Source: a virus (taxonomy: Duplodnaviria > Caudoviricetes). Taken from it: DNA of 52,438 bases. The DNA lies in the IMG/VR virus record IMGVR_UViG_3300010054_000044, positions 1-52,438 of that record. One strand, written 5' to 3'. Of the stretch, positions 33,802 through 42,700 are shown piece after piece (the first letter of the stretch is position 1; every line of letters begins with the position of its first letter). The position numbers were made by a program, and so were the translations under genes. The notes beneath the pieces were generated by a model. The model was not told the DNA's origin and made no database searches. It saw only the letters and a program-made list of their open reading frames with translations.

Positions 33802-34112
33802 GCCTTCACCGCCTTGACCAGTTGCCGCCGGGCCAATTGATCGAGGGTCAGCACGATCGCTTCGTTCATCCGCGCGCGCCGCTCGTCCCGCGAAAGGTTC
33901 TTACCGTTGTCGATCTCACCGTGACACGACGGGCACAGCGCGGCGGTGAGCGCGTCGGACGCTTTCTGGCCGCGACCCCGGTGCTGGTTACTGTGCGCGG
34001 CCTGGATGCCCCAAGCGCCGCACAGCACACACTCTTCGATCTCGTGGACGTTCGCCAGCCACTGGCGGCAGCGGTGCGGCTTGGTGGGCAGGTAGCACTC
34101 ATTGGGTAGCAT
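33798..34112 (-). CDS. DUF968/DUF1364-like Zn-finger nuclease-fold protein
   Basis: CVLCG..QAAH...G.G.KASD...ALCPSCH..ID. Confidence 0.7.
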   Translation of the reverse strand: MLPNECYLPTKPHRCRQWLANVHEIEECVLCGAWGIQAAHSNQHRGRGQKASDALTAALCPSCHGEIDNGKNLSRDERRARMNEAIVLTLDQLARRQLVKAVKA

Positions 34113-34243
34113 CAGACGTCCTCCCACTCGTCACTGAAAAGCTCTTCACAGGTCTGCTCGAAAAGGCAGTCGCTACAAAGCGCTTCTCCGTCATCGTTAA
34201 AACCAATAGCCTCATCGGTGCACTTCTCGCATTCACCGAGCAT
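34112..34243 (-). CDS. 43-aa acidic Cys-rich protein
   Basis: MLGECEKC...LCSDC...; stop/start overlaps on both sides; GGAGG RBS. Confidence 0.55.
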   Translation of the reverse strand: MLGECEKCTDEAIGFNDDGEALCSDCLFEQTCEELFSDEWEDV

Positions 34244-34752
34244 CACGCCACCTCCTTGTACTCATCTGGCTTAAAGCCACGCAGGTTGGGATCAGTCAGC
34301 CGCATGCCCAGGCTGGTGAAGTGTTGGTACACAGCATCGAGGTAGCGCGACTTCTGGTCTTTGGTCATCAGGCGCGTGCAAGGGAAGTCCAACGGCTCCT
34401 GCATTAGCTCAAGCTTGGCCTCATACGGCAGCGGCTTAACGATGCGGTCGTACTTCTCTTTGAACTCGGGCAGCTCCCAGCGCAGGATCGGTACCGCGAA
34501 GTGCAGCTTGCAGAAGCCGCGGTACTCCTCGGCGGTGTGGTCGCCTTGGGCCTCTGCCTCAAGGAGCCATTTGCGTTGGAGCTTGTTCTGGTCGGTGCTG
34601 CGCTTCACTTGGCGTTTACGCACTACGATCTCGACCTCTCCCCATAGCTGGATGGCGTCGGTCACCACCTTGGGCAGCTTGCCAATGGCGGTCAGGGCTT
34701 CGGACACGCTACTGGCACGGGACACGAATGGTTTGGCTGCTGGTTTCGTCAT
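34243..34752 (-). CDS. NinB-like recombination protein
   Basis: KRSTDQN.L..W; TRLMT..Q...YL..V......G..L. Confidence 0.65.
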   Translation of the reverse strand: MTKPAAKPFVSRASSVSEALTAIGKLPKVVTDAIQLWGEVEIVVRKRQVKRSTDQNKLQRKWLLEAEAQGDHTAEEYRGFCKLHFAVPILRWELPEFKEKYDRIVKPLPYEAKLELMQEPLDFPCTRLMTKDQKSRYLDAVYQHFTSLGMRLTDPNLRGFKPDEYKEVA

Positions 34753-35513
34753 GATCCACCCCGCAACATCCCCTTGAGCGCGGCTATTCCCTGCTCACCA
34801 CTCATACGCCGACCGAATTGCTTCTCTGCCTGGGCGGCTACCTGCTCAAGACCGTCACGCTCTGCCCGTTGAGCCGCCGTCAGTTGGCCGTCATGGCCCA
34901 CTAGCCCACGCGCCTCGACTGACCCCCCAGCCATTACCCGGTTAACGATGGCCCGGTACTGCTTGCCAAAGGTCCCGCGCAACGCACGAATCCGGCTTTC
35001 GCTGGTGGCTGCAGCAAGATCAAACCAGCCTGTCGCCCTACCCGCCTCGCGCACGGCACCATGAGTCCAGCGATGGCCTGCCGGATTTTGTGCGTGCTTG
35101 ATGGCTTCATCGAACGCAAGCTCCACGCTAGGCATCCCAAAGTCCTCCGGTTGCGGTTTCAAGCTCGCAATCAGGCGTGCCACACTCGGCGGCCACTCGC
35201 TGCCCTCGCCCTTGATCCGCTCCAGCGCTGCATCCAGGCTCTGCTGTGTCGGCAGCACTGACCACTTCGCCATCGATATACCCACTTCCCGCTTCGCCAG
35301 CTTCACCATGTCCGGCGTCGAAAATGCACTCCGCCATGTCCTCGGATAGATCGCTTCCAGCCGTGTGAACGCCCGGTTGACCAGCTCCCAAATCTCCTGA
35401 TTCCTCGTCGGGGAAGAGCCCTTCGATCCAGCTTGTGTCGTTGGGGTCGGAGAGCATTGCTGCGATTTGATCTTGGTTAGCGCGCTTTTCGTCAAATCCT
35501 GAGCGGTCTGCAT
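34749..35513 (-). CDS. Replication protein P-like helicase loader
   Basis: W..AF....AKRE, WPPS, FGMPS...AF.EA, W.H..V..A...TGW. Confidence 0.75.
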   Translation of the reverse strand: MQTAQDLTKSALTKIKSQQCSPTPTTQAGSKGSSPTRNQEIWELVNRAFTRLEAIYPRTWRSAFSTPDMVKLAKREVGISMAKWSVLPTQQSLDAALERIKGEGSEWPPSVARLIASLKPQPEDFGMPSVELAFDEAIKHAQNPAGHRWTHGAVREAGRATGWFDLAAATSESRIRALRGTFGKQYRAIVNRVMAGGSVEARGLVGHDGQLTAAQRAERDGLEQVAAQAEKQFGRRMSGEQGIAALKGMLRGGS

Positions 35514-36378
35514 GACTACCCCCTTTGCGGCGGTTATTGAACTGGATGGCGAGCGCTTTCCATTGCTTGCGCAGCTTGGTAGGGCTCAGGATGTTGGATT
35601 GCCAGAAGCTGTCCTGGCTGGCCCAGGCAAACAGGCGCTTGATGTGTTCAGGCTCTCGGCCATCCTGCTCGCGCATCAGGCGGAAGGTGTTAGCCCAGCG
35701 GGTGAGGTTGCGTTTCTCGCTGCCACCCGGGAGCGCATCGACAATGCCCGCCATCCACTCGGCAAGCTCATGGTCGATAGGCTCACCCCATACGCGACGC
35801 TTGGCGCTCGAAGTGTTTGCATCGACGTTCTTACTACCGCTAGGTAGTAAGTTGTCTTTCCTGTCTTTAGAAGCGTTACCGTTTTGGTAACACTCAGATT
35901 TACCATTTTGGTAAGAGTCACCCCTTTTTGGATCATCGTTACCAGTTTGGTGAGTGTCGGGCTTGGCCTGCTTCGGTGGTGGCGTTTTGCGCTCTGGCGC
36001 GGCCAAATCCCACTGATCGGCGTGCTTATTGAGCGAGACAGCTGAACGGCTGCCGCCATGGCGCAGCACGACGTTTTTCGCCACCAGCGCAGCGAGGGCT
36101 TGGCTCGCCTTGGTGCTAGGCAAACCGGTCAACTTGCCCAGCAGCCCACCCGTTACCCTCGCCTGCTTTCGGTTCCAGCCATACGTCAGCCTGATCACCG
36201 CCATCACCACACGCATTTCGCGCAGGGTCAGCGGTGCCGCCATAACCTGCTCCAACAGCTCATTGGCGATGCGCGTATAGCCATCTTCCACTTGTGGCCC
36301 CCTGCCAGAGCGCTCTGGCTCCGGCCTATCGACGTCTTCTCGACGTGGAAACTGGAAAATCTCAGCGGTATTAGTCAT
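35128..36378 (-). CDS. Replication initiator O-like
   Basis: EDGYTRIANELLE...RLTYGWN; WANTFRLMREQDGR...FWQSNILSP.KLR..W. Confidence 0.85.
   Translation of the reverse strand: MTNTAEIFQFPRREDVDRPEPERSGRGPQVEDGYTRIANELLEQVMAAPLTLREMRVVMAVIRLTYGWNRKQARVTGGLLGKLTGLPSTKASQALAALVAKNVVLRHGGSRSAVSLNKHADQWDLAAPERKTPPPKQAKPDTHQTGNDDPKRGDSYQNGKSECYQNGNASKDRKDNLLPSGSKNVDANTSSAKRRVWGEPIDHELAEWMAGIVDALPGGSEKRNLTRWANTFRLMREQDGREPEHIKRLFAWASQDSFWQSNILSPTKLRKQWKALAIQFNNRRKGGSHADRSGFDEKRANQDQIAAMLSDPNDTSWIEGLFPDEESGDLGAGQPGVHTAGSDLSEDMAECIFDAGHGEAGEAGSGYIDGEVVSAADTAEPGCSAGADQGRGQRVAAECGTPDCELETATGGLWDA
35831..35953. repeat. Replication origin iterons inside the O gene
   Basis: TTACC-N5-GGT(A/G)A at 35876, 35900, 35939, a degenerate copy near 35918, and hairpin TTACTACC-GCTA-GGTAGTAA at 35831. 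Confidence 0.7.
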
Positions 36379-36777
36379 AATGAACCCGTTATGAATGTGT
36401 GAAAGCCCGGCCGCTCCCCAGCGATTTGCCGGGCTTTTGCGTTTCTGTCCTAGCCCTATCAGGGCCGCTTTCCTTCCTACTGCCCTACCAACTCGCTATG
36501 CTTGGCAGTGCCAGGGCCGTCACCCCTGGTTGTCGCCAATGACACGGCGGCTAAAGGGCACCGCAACCCGGGGCGCCTCGACTCCCTTGGCTCCTGGCCG
36601 CTCGTCGGGGACGAGCCGCTAGCAAGCCCTGGGAATCCCGGGGTTAACCACTGCGATGCCTGCTCGCTGATCCCTCGTTGCTAGCGCGATATCAGCAAGC
36701 GCTTGGCAAGGCGCTATACAAAAAACCAGGTCTTCCATGACCTGTCCGGACAGGTCCTCGTCACGGGGAGAAAAACC

Positions 36778-36873
36778 GTGGACGTGACCTTGTCATTCGA
36801 AGTGACGCTAAATGTGGCTCAGACGATCTCTGCGTTAGCTGCGCTACTGGTCGTTATGCACCGCATTCGCTAA
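36778..36873 (+). CDS. Putative 31-aa hydrophobic peptide antisense to the early operon
   Basis: GGGGAG RBS; MDVTLSFEVTLNVAQTISALAALLVVMHRIR; followed by a GC hairpin. Confidence 0.4.
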   Translation: MDVTLSFEVTLNVAQTISALAALLVVMHRIR

Positions 36874-36920
36874 TCACTTCTTAAGCCCTGGCCGGGCGGC
36901 AGCCCGGTCAGGCACTTCCC

Positions 36921-37112
36921 TTAAACAGCCCGAAGCGTGCGCTCTCGGCGCATTGCATAGAGCTGGTCTTTCAACGGTCCCGCGATAGCAATGGCGTGAT
37001 CGAGCATCACGTCCTCCACCGCCACTCCGCGCTGTGCGGCTTCCTGTTCCACCACGGCTTGATGCTGTGGCGACAGTCGCCGGTACGTTCGTGACAGAGC
37101 TGCACGATTCAC
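36921..37112 (-). CDS. Hypothetical protein
   Basis: GAGGAG RBS before GTG. Confidence 0.55.
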   Translation of the reverse strand: MNRAALSRTYRRLSPQHQAVVEQEAAQRGVAVEDVMLDHAIAIAGPLKDQLYAMRRERTLRAV

Positions 37113-37144
37113 AGTGACTCCTCGGGCCTTGTTCGGCCCTTCTG

Positions 37145-37474
37145 CTAGGCGCGTAAGCGCTGCATCATCTGCTCAGTGATGCGGTTTTCGATGAGGTGCG
37201 CCATGAGCGCTTCCACCATGTCCTGCTGTGCTGTCTGTACGCTTTCGCCTTTGGCCAAGCGATCGAGCAGCACGTCTTGTCGGAGGTTGATCACCTCCAT
37301 GCCCACCAGGGCGCACTCCCGAATGGCGTGGGAGATAACGCCCCCGTGGCGCATTGCTGCCACCTGCTCCAGCGCGAGGTATTCCGAATCCTTGAAGCGA
37401 ACGCGAGCGGGGTTATCCAGGTGCTCGCCTTCCGCTTTCCGGGTGGTGGGAATACGGGGTTCACGGTTCAGCAT
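37145..37474 (-). CDS. Putative regulator in the cII position (ribbon-helix-helix-like)
   Basis: AAGGA RBS; RVRF.DSEY..L...A......S..IRE pattern. Confidence 0.5.
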   Translation of the reverse strand: MLNREPRIPTTRKAEGEHLDNPARVRFKDSEYLALEQVAAMRHGGVISHAIRECALVGMEVINLRQDVLLDRLAKGESVQTAQQDMVEALMAHLIENRITEQMMQRLRA

Positions 37475-37532
37475 TGCGATTTCCTTCTTACGGTTTGCTG
37501 AGTTCGCGGCCTTCACAGGCAGGCGGTTTGAT

Positions 37533-37760
37533 TTAGGCAACCTGAGAAGCAGAGTCACCAAAAATGTCAGGGCGCAGACCCTCAATGGTGAGCTTGCCCT
37601 CAGTCGCGTCCTGAAGGCGTTTAGCCATTTCGAGAGAGGCCTTCCGGTGCCCTCCCGAGAGCTGCCAGAGATAAGCCACGGATGTTCCAGCATTCTGGGC
37701 AACTTGCTTACGTTGCTCGGGAGGTGTTTTGCTAAGCCAAATTCGTAGTTGGTGAGACAT
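37533..37760 (-). CDS. cro: Cro-like HTH repressor
   Basis: VAQNAGTSVAYLWQL..G.RK.S...LRPDIF; divergent from cI. Confidence 0.85.
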   Translation of the reverse strand: MSHQLRIWLSKTPPEQRKQVAQNAGTSVAYLWQLSGGHRKASLEMAKRLQDATEGKLTIEGLRPDIFGDSASQVA

Positions 37761-37779
37761 ACGGCATCTCCTGTTTGAT

Positions 37780-37856
37780 GCTAAATAATTTAGCTTTGCG
37801 CTAATTTAAAATCAAGCAAGGATTAGCATTTTGCATATTTATCATCCTGCTAAATA
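37780..37856. promoter_or_regulatory. OR operators and pR/pRM
   Basis: TTAGC-N5-GCTAA at 37790..37804, variant at 37823; TTGATT-17-TAAATT on the minus strand. Confidence 0.65.
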
Positions 37857-37872
37857 CTGCGAATATTCAGCC

Positions 37873-38619
37873 ATGGACGCTTATCAAATTCGCAAAGAAA
37901 ACTTGCTGAAGCTCATGCGTACGCGCACTAAAGCCGCGTGTGCCGACAAATGGGATACGTCAGCATCAACGCTCAGCCAGATAACATCGAAAAAGTCGGT
38001 GAGGAATCTGGGAGATGCCCTTGCACGAAAGATAGAAAGGGCTGAAGGCCTTCCGGTGGGCTGGCTAGATAGAACTCATGCCGATACTGATATCGCTAGT
38101 CATAACGCAGGGGTTAGCTTTCTCTCAGAGGCAAAAGCACACGACGATCTAGAGCTCCACCAAACTGAGATAGTTGATGAAGAAGCCCCCTTACGTGAGG
38201 GGGAAGTTGAGCTTCCTTGCTTTAGAGAGGTTGAGTTCGCGGCAGGAGATGGTCGCACCCAGGTCGTAGAAAACGGTGGCCACACTATGAGGTTCCCGCT
38301 TTCCAAGCTCGCTAAGCGCGGTGTTTCACCAGAACATGCAGCTTGCGCTACGGCTAGCGGTAGTTCTATGGAGCCAACTATTGCCGATGGCTCACCCATT
38401 GCGATCGACAAAGGCACTCGTCATATTATCGATGGGAAAATATACGCGCTGGATCACGGCGGCATGCTTCGCATCAAACGTCTCTACAAGCTGCCACTAG
38501 GTCGTGTGCGCCTGGTCAGCGACAACAGCGACGAATATCCCGAGGAAACGCACAGCCTTATGGGCCCAGATGCGCCGAAGATTATCGGACGTGTATTTTG
38601 GTGGGAAGTATTTGATTAA
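37873..38619 (+). CDS. cI: CI repressor (HTH + S24 autopeptidase)
   Basis: ARKIE...GWLD, AAG cleavage site, GSSMEP, IKRL, IIGRV. Confidence 0.92.
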   Translation: MDAYQIRKENLLKLMRTRTKAACADKWDTSASTLSQITSKKSVRNLGDALARKIERAEGLPVGWLDRTHADTDIASHNAGVSFLSEAKAHDDLELHQTEIVDEEAPLREGEVELPCFREVEFAAGDGRTQVVENGGHTMRFPLSKLAKRGVSPEHAACATASGSSMEPTIADGSPIAIDKGTRHIIDGKIYALDHGGMLRIKRLYKLPLGRVRLVSDNSDEYPEETHSLMGPDAPKIIGRVFWWEVFD

Positions 38620-38645
38620 TAAAAATGGAAAACTAGGGAATTTTA

Positions 38646-39623
38646 ATGATATCTAAAGAGAGAAAAGCTTCATTTTATAGTTTATCTTTTGTTGGCACAC
38701 ATGTGCACAAGTTAAAAGCTAATGAATCCTACTCGCCCCTTTCATCCAAATTGGTCTCTAAGGCTCCCGATCTATTGATCAAAGGACTTTCAAAAGGAAC
38801 CTTTTACGAATCCGGAAAAGAAAAATTCGTAATCGTCAATTATGAAATTCATGATAAATACATACTAATATTATTCAATTTTACCACTGACCGCTACTCA
38901 GACCCAACTTATTACGATGAAAAATCAAACAAAAGAAATCAAATTACAAAATCGAATAGCGAGAGAATGGAATTTTCTTGCCATGTCATGATTAAAAGGA
39001 ATTTAGTAAATGATGAAAGTGAAATGATAGTTGAGAAAGTGTCTGGCTTTTCGAAGGCTCGACTGACTAATTTAATTAACAAAGCTTTTAGAGAATCTAA
39101 GTCAAAAAACCCTAGAGACTTTGAGTACAATCATCCGGATGGTTCTAAAGATGCCAAAGGAAACTCAAGGAAATGCAAGTTTAAATTCACTGTGCGTGTT
39201 GACGGCGTACCATCCAGTCAGATGAAAAATGATATTGAAAATGGGAAGATCTCTGGTCTTGAACTTGTATCAAGAAAAAAATTCAAAAAATGGGATCAAC
39301 ATGGACATTTTATTGAAAAATCTACTCATGTTAAGCTAGACTTCAACGCTCCGTCAGGTACCAGGATGGACAATCTAAAGGTTTTTCTTGGAAATATGAA
39401 AAAAGAAAAGCCTGATTTGGATCATGCAAAGCTACGATTCACTCCTCCCGGACAGACTAAGGGAACCGAATCTGCAGAGTTTGATCTATCTGATTCAGAT
39501 CCTACAAACTGTGAATATTACAATAAAACAGCTTCACTTAATTATAGCGCCGATAACACATCTTATACAGATATTATAAACGACATTAGAAATAGTATGA
39601 AGTATCACTTGAGGATAACTTAA
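38646..39623 (+). CDS. AT-rich soluble protein in the rexA position (candidate defence)
   Basis: 325 aa, Lys-rich, low GC, immediately downstream of cI. Confidence 0.6.
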   Translation: MISKERKASFYSLSFVGTHVHKLKANESYSPLSSKLVSKAPDLLIKGLSKGTFYESGKEKFVIVNYEIHDKYILILFNFTTDRYSDPTYYDEKSNKRNQITKSNSERMEFSCHVMIKRNLVNDESEMIVEKVSGFSKARLTNLINKAFRESKSKNPRDFEYNHPDGSKDAKGNSRKCKFKFTVRVDGVPSSQMKNDIENGKISGLELVSRKKFKKWDQHGHFIEKSTHVKLDFNAPSGTRMDNLKVFLGNMKKEKPDLDHAKLRFTPPGQTKGTESAEFDLSDSDPTNCEYYNKTASLNYSADNTSYTDIINDIRNSMKYHLRIT

Positions 39624-40189
39624 TGCTATCGCAAACAATAGTAAGGCCATACGCCTACCTAAAAATACAGCACCATTCAAAATGGGTAGTGGACTGGGGC
39701 ATCCCTCTCATTTTAGCCATATTAATTACTTTAATTACTGGCTTGGGGGATTTATATTCTGAAAAACATCTATCCTGGAAGTTTTTAGAGGATAACATTG
39801 CTAGCTTAGCTGGCATTCTTCCTGGATTTTATATTGCCGCCTTAGCTGCAATTGTGGCCTTTAATAGAAATGATATAGATGAACACATGCCTGAGCCAAC
39901 ACCTATCATCAAAGATTATCTAGGCGACATTATCTCTTTAACTAGAAGGCGCTTTTTGGCTCTTACATTTTCTTTTTTAACAGCTGAGTCAATCACATTA
40001 ATGATTTTAATTGGTCTTGGCCCCTCATTAAGCAGCATTATCGAACACCTCATAAACAATGAGCGCCTCAGTACAGGGATGTGGTACGGATATATTTTCA
40101 TACTTTACACAATTTTTTCTCAGCTTGTAACAGTAACTTTTTTGTGCCTCTATTACTTGGGCGAACGGCTCCACCAACCAGATCCATGA
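39623..40189 (+). CDS. AT-rich four-TM membrane protein in the rexB position (candidate defence)
   Basis: TAATG coupling; four hydrophobic segments. Confidence 0.65.
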   Translation: MLSQTIVRPYAYLKIQHHSKWVVDWGIPLILAILITLITGLGDLYSEKHLSWKFLEDNIASLAGILPGFYIAALAAIVAFNRNDIDEHMPEPTPIIKDYLGDIISLTRRRFLALTFSFLTAESITLMILIGLGPSLSSIIEHLINNERLSTGMWYGYIFILYTIFSQLVTVTFLCLYYLGERLHQPDP

Positions 40190-40383
40190 ATTTCATGCAT
40201 CAGAAGCTAATCAAAATGATAATCCAGGTAAAAATTATAATTTTCGAACACTCACCCCAAATTCATACACAAAGATCATATGCTTTTTCCGCTTAACAAG
40301 CGGTTTTTTGTGCCAAATCTAAGCCACCTTTGCTAATCTGCAGGCGCAACACAATTAAGAATCTAATGAAAGGGATGATCAAA

Positions 40384-40746
40384 ATGGGACGACTGCTGTT
40401 AGCGGCTATTGCCGCCCTCACCTTTTCTGGCCCAACGCTAGCACAGAGTAACTGTTACGGCTCTGGCTCTTATCAAACCTGCTACGACACACAGTCGGGC
40501 AACAACTACCACATCCAACGATACGGCAACACCACTAGTCTTCAAGGTAGTAACCCTCGCACTGGATCCACCTGGAACCAGAACAGCCAAACCATTGGCA
40601 ATACGACCTACCATAACGGCACGTCAGCGAGCGGCAACACTTGGAATGGGACGTCTACTCAGATCGGCGGCACTACCTTCCACCAAGGCACCGATTCAGA
40701 CGGCAATTATTACAACCGCACCTGTAACCAGTACGGCTGCAACTGA
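40384..40746 (+). CDS. Secreted G/T/N-rich repeat protein
   Basis: Signal peptide, terminal Cys pairs, GNTT/G.TW repeats. Confidence 0.65.
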   Translation: MGRLLLAAIAALTFSGPTLAQSNCYGSGSYQTCYDTQSGNNYHIQRYGNTTSLQGSNPRTGSTWNQNSQTIGNTTYHNGTSASGNTWNGTSTQIGGTTFHQGTDSDGNYYNRTCNQYGCN

Positions 40747-40904
40747 TGAAGCATTGGATAGGAATCACGCTATTCGTCGCAGTAGTGTTTGGCTTTGGCA
40801 TAAAAGCATCCGTGAAATGCGGTGAAGCGACTTGGGTAGACAGCTACACCATCGTTGTCTTGGCTCACAACCTAATACCTGACTTCGATCTATGTAGCAT
40901 GTAG
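40746..40904 (+). CDS. 52-aa membrane-anchored peptide
   Basis: TGATG coupling; MKHWIGITLFVAVVFGFG... Confidence 0.45.
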   Translation: MKHWIGITLFVAVVFGFGIKASVKCGEATWVDSYTIVVLAHNLIPDFDLCSM

Positions 40905-40922
40905 CAGAATTTTGAATCACTG

Positions 40923-40947
40923 AACCCGCCTACATGGCGGGTTTTTT
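40923..40947 (+). terminator. Terminator of the immunity region
   Basis: AACCCGCC-TACAT-GGCGGGTTTTTT. Confidence 0.8.
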
Positions 40948-40965
40948 GTGCGCCAAACAAAAAAT

Positions 40966-41065
40966 TTAGCATTTTGCTATTGACGAAAATTTAGCATCGA
41001 GCTAATTTTGTTAGCACGAACACAGCAAAACGTGTTCAGGCCCTCACAGGCCATGCTCTTTAAAA
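40966..41065 (+). promoter_or_regulatory. pL-like promoter with OL operators and boxA-like element
   Basis: TTAGC-N5-GCTA(T/A) at 40966 and 40991; TTGACG-17-TAATTT; GCTCTTTAAAA at 41055. Confidence 0.7.
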
Positions 41066-41069
41066 ACAG

Positions 41070-41490
41070 GATGAGCCTAGCCAGCCGTAGCGGGTAACGC
41101 CGCGAGAGTTCGCTAGGAGTACGCCGCCCAGGGCTGTCGAAATACTGGGAGCGCCTAAAGGCCGCGCTAACTGCGAGAGTGAGACGAATGCCTGCCGCCT
41201 GGGCTGAGAATACAGGCGGTATCGGGTAGCGTCTGGAGCCTATGGCTGCGGCTACGGCTGTGAAGGGCGTTACCCGATGCAGTGAAAGATACGCCCCAAA
41301 GCGGGTGCTCCCGTATGCCTTATCGGTGGGGGTTAATGGAACGAAAAGATAGGGCCACTGCATCACCCCATTCCGGCAACTCACAAGAAATTCTTACCAG
41401 TTGGAATAGCGCTGCATCGACGTTATTCCCGCGCTGCTTGGCTCCCCTTCCACTGGCACTGCGAGGGGCGCAGATACAGCAGGCAGCGCG
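41070..41490 (+). ncRNA. Candidate structured leader RNA
   Basis: Several long stems, repeated GGCTG..AATA loop motif, no convincing ORF. Confidence 0.4.
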
Positions 41491-41513
41491 CCTAATTCTG
41501 AGAGAGGTGATTT

Positions 41514-41672
41514 ATGCACAAAAACAATGCAAGACGACCGCTCGATAAAGAGTTCCTCGACTGCAAAGACCGGCTAGCGCAGCGCTCGCTCTATCAGCGG
41601 CGCTTGCAGATTGACCAGCGACTTGCAGACATGAAGAGCGCGAGAGAGCTGCGCGAGGTCTGGCAAACATGA
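41514..41672 (+). CDS. 52-aa basic early protein
   Basis: GAGAGGTG RBS; MHKNNARRPLDKEF...RELREVWQT. Confidence 0.55.
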   Translation: MHKNNARRPLDKEFLDCKDRLAQRSLYQRRLQIDQRLADMKSARELREVWQT

Positions 41673-41817
41673 GAACCGGATTCATCCTTCGCGAATACCA
41701 CCAAGGCCGCATCACTCCCCGAGTTGACTGCGGCCTTTTTTTGTAGCCGCAAAAATGCTAAGCGAGCAGCTAAGCGTCGCGGCTACCCCTTTCACCTCAT
41801 CTACAAGGTAACGCGCC

Positions 41818-42051
41818 ATGCCAACACGAACCCTTAGCCTCATCGCGCTGGCTGCCATCATCGGCAGCATGGTGCTAGCCGCCAACCTGGACGCATCCGA
41901 TAACGAGCGAATGCATCGCCAATACTGCCAAGAGGTCGCCGTATGGGCCGCAGAAGCGGCGCGAGGCATTGACCCGCATCACCGTACTGGTCATCCAGAC
42001 TATCGCGGCAACGCTGCTGAGATTTGCCCAGGAATGAGGCCAGCACCATGA
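41818..42051 (+). CDS. Hypothetical protein with N-terminal TM
   Basis: AAGG RBS; YC..V..W...GHPDY. Confidence 0.6.
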   Translation: MPTRTLSLIALAAIIGSMVLAANLDASDNERMHRQYCQEVAVWAAEAARGIDPHHRTGHPDYRGNAAEICPGMRPAP

Positions 42052-42344
42052 ACCGAGCCAAACAAATCCAGCTACGCGCCGAATCCCTGAGCGAATCCAT
42101 CCATGACGGTGACGCCGAAGGCATTGCGCGTTTTGGCACATATTTGAATGAGGTTGGCGACTTGGCCAGCGCCGTCGAAGAGCTCACCGCCACCACCACT
42201 GTGGCGGATATGGTCGATGCCTATATCCAGTCACCCGCCGGCGAGGCGGTGCTTTTCGAATGGGCCAAGGACGTGGCCGAAAGCGAGCTGCTGGCTCAAG
42301 AGGAAGACCGCGCAGAAATGGAAGCGAACTGGAGGGCGGCATGA
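42048..42344 (+). CDS. Hypothetical acidic protein
   Basis: ATGA coupling on both sides. Confidence 0.6.
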   Translation: MNRAKQIQLRAESLSESIHDGDAEGIARFGTYLNEVGDLASAVEELTATTTVADMVDAYIQSPAGEAVLFEWAKDVAESELLAQEEDRAEMEANWRAA

Positions 42345-42631
42345 GCGATTGGAGAACCACCAGCCGGGCAGGCTGGGACGAAGAAACCGGCGATGCCATC
42401 TACCACGTCACCAAAGGCAGCAAGAGTCTATGTGCGGCTGACCATTTGGAGCTGGAGCGGCTGCTGGTCGGCACCCAGGAGCGCAACGAGAGCGCCGAAC
42501 GGATGGCAGCCGCGCTATCGGAGCTGACTGTTCAGCTCGCTGCCAGCGACCAGGACGGCATGACAGAGCATAGCGACGCATTCTGCGAGGCAAGAGAAGC
42601 GCTGGGCGAGTGGCGCACGCTGAACAAATAA
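42341..42631 (+). CDS. Hypothetical protein
   Basis: GGAGG RBS, ATGA overlap. Confidence 0.55.
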   Translation: MSDWRTTSRAGWDEETGDAIYHVTKGSKSLCAADHLELERLLVGTQERNESAERMAAALSELTVQLAASDQDGMTEHSDAFCEAREALGEWRTLNK

Positions 42632-42700
42632 AAGCCCGCTCCTGGGCGAACAGGTAGCGGGCCAGATCAACGTCGAGAAGATCATCACGGAGTATAAACC

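Noticed and set aside
32863-33840. 325-aa + strand ORF
   Set aside because: Shadow of four well-formed, coupled minus-strand genes; no motifs or RBS, unlike the antisense HNH
41194-41280. TPP riboswitch suggested by GGCTGAGAATAC
   Set aside because: Downstream CCTGA/AGCGTAGGGA elements are absent and no thiamine gene follows
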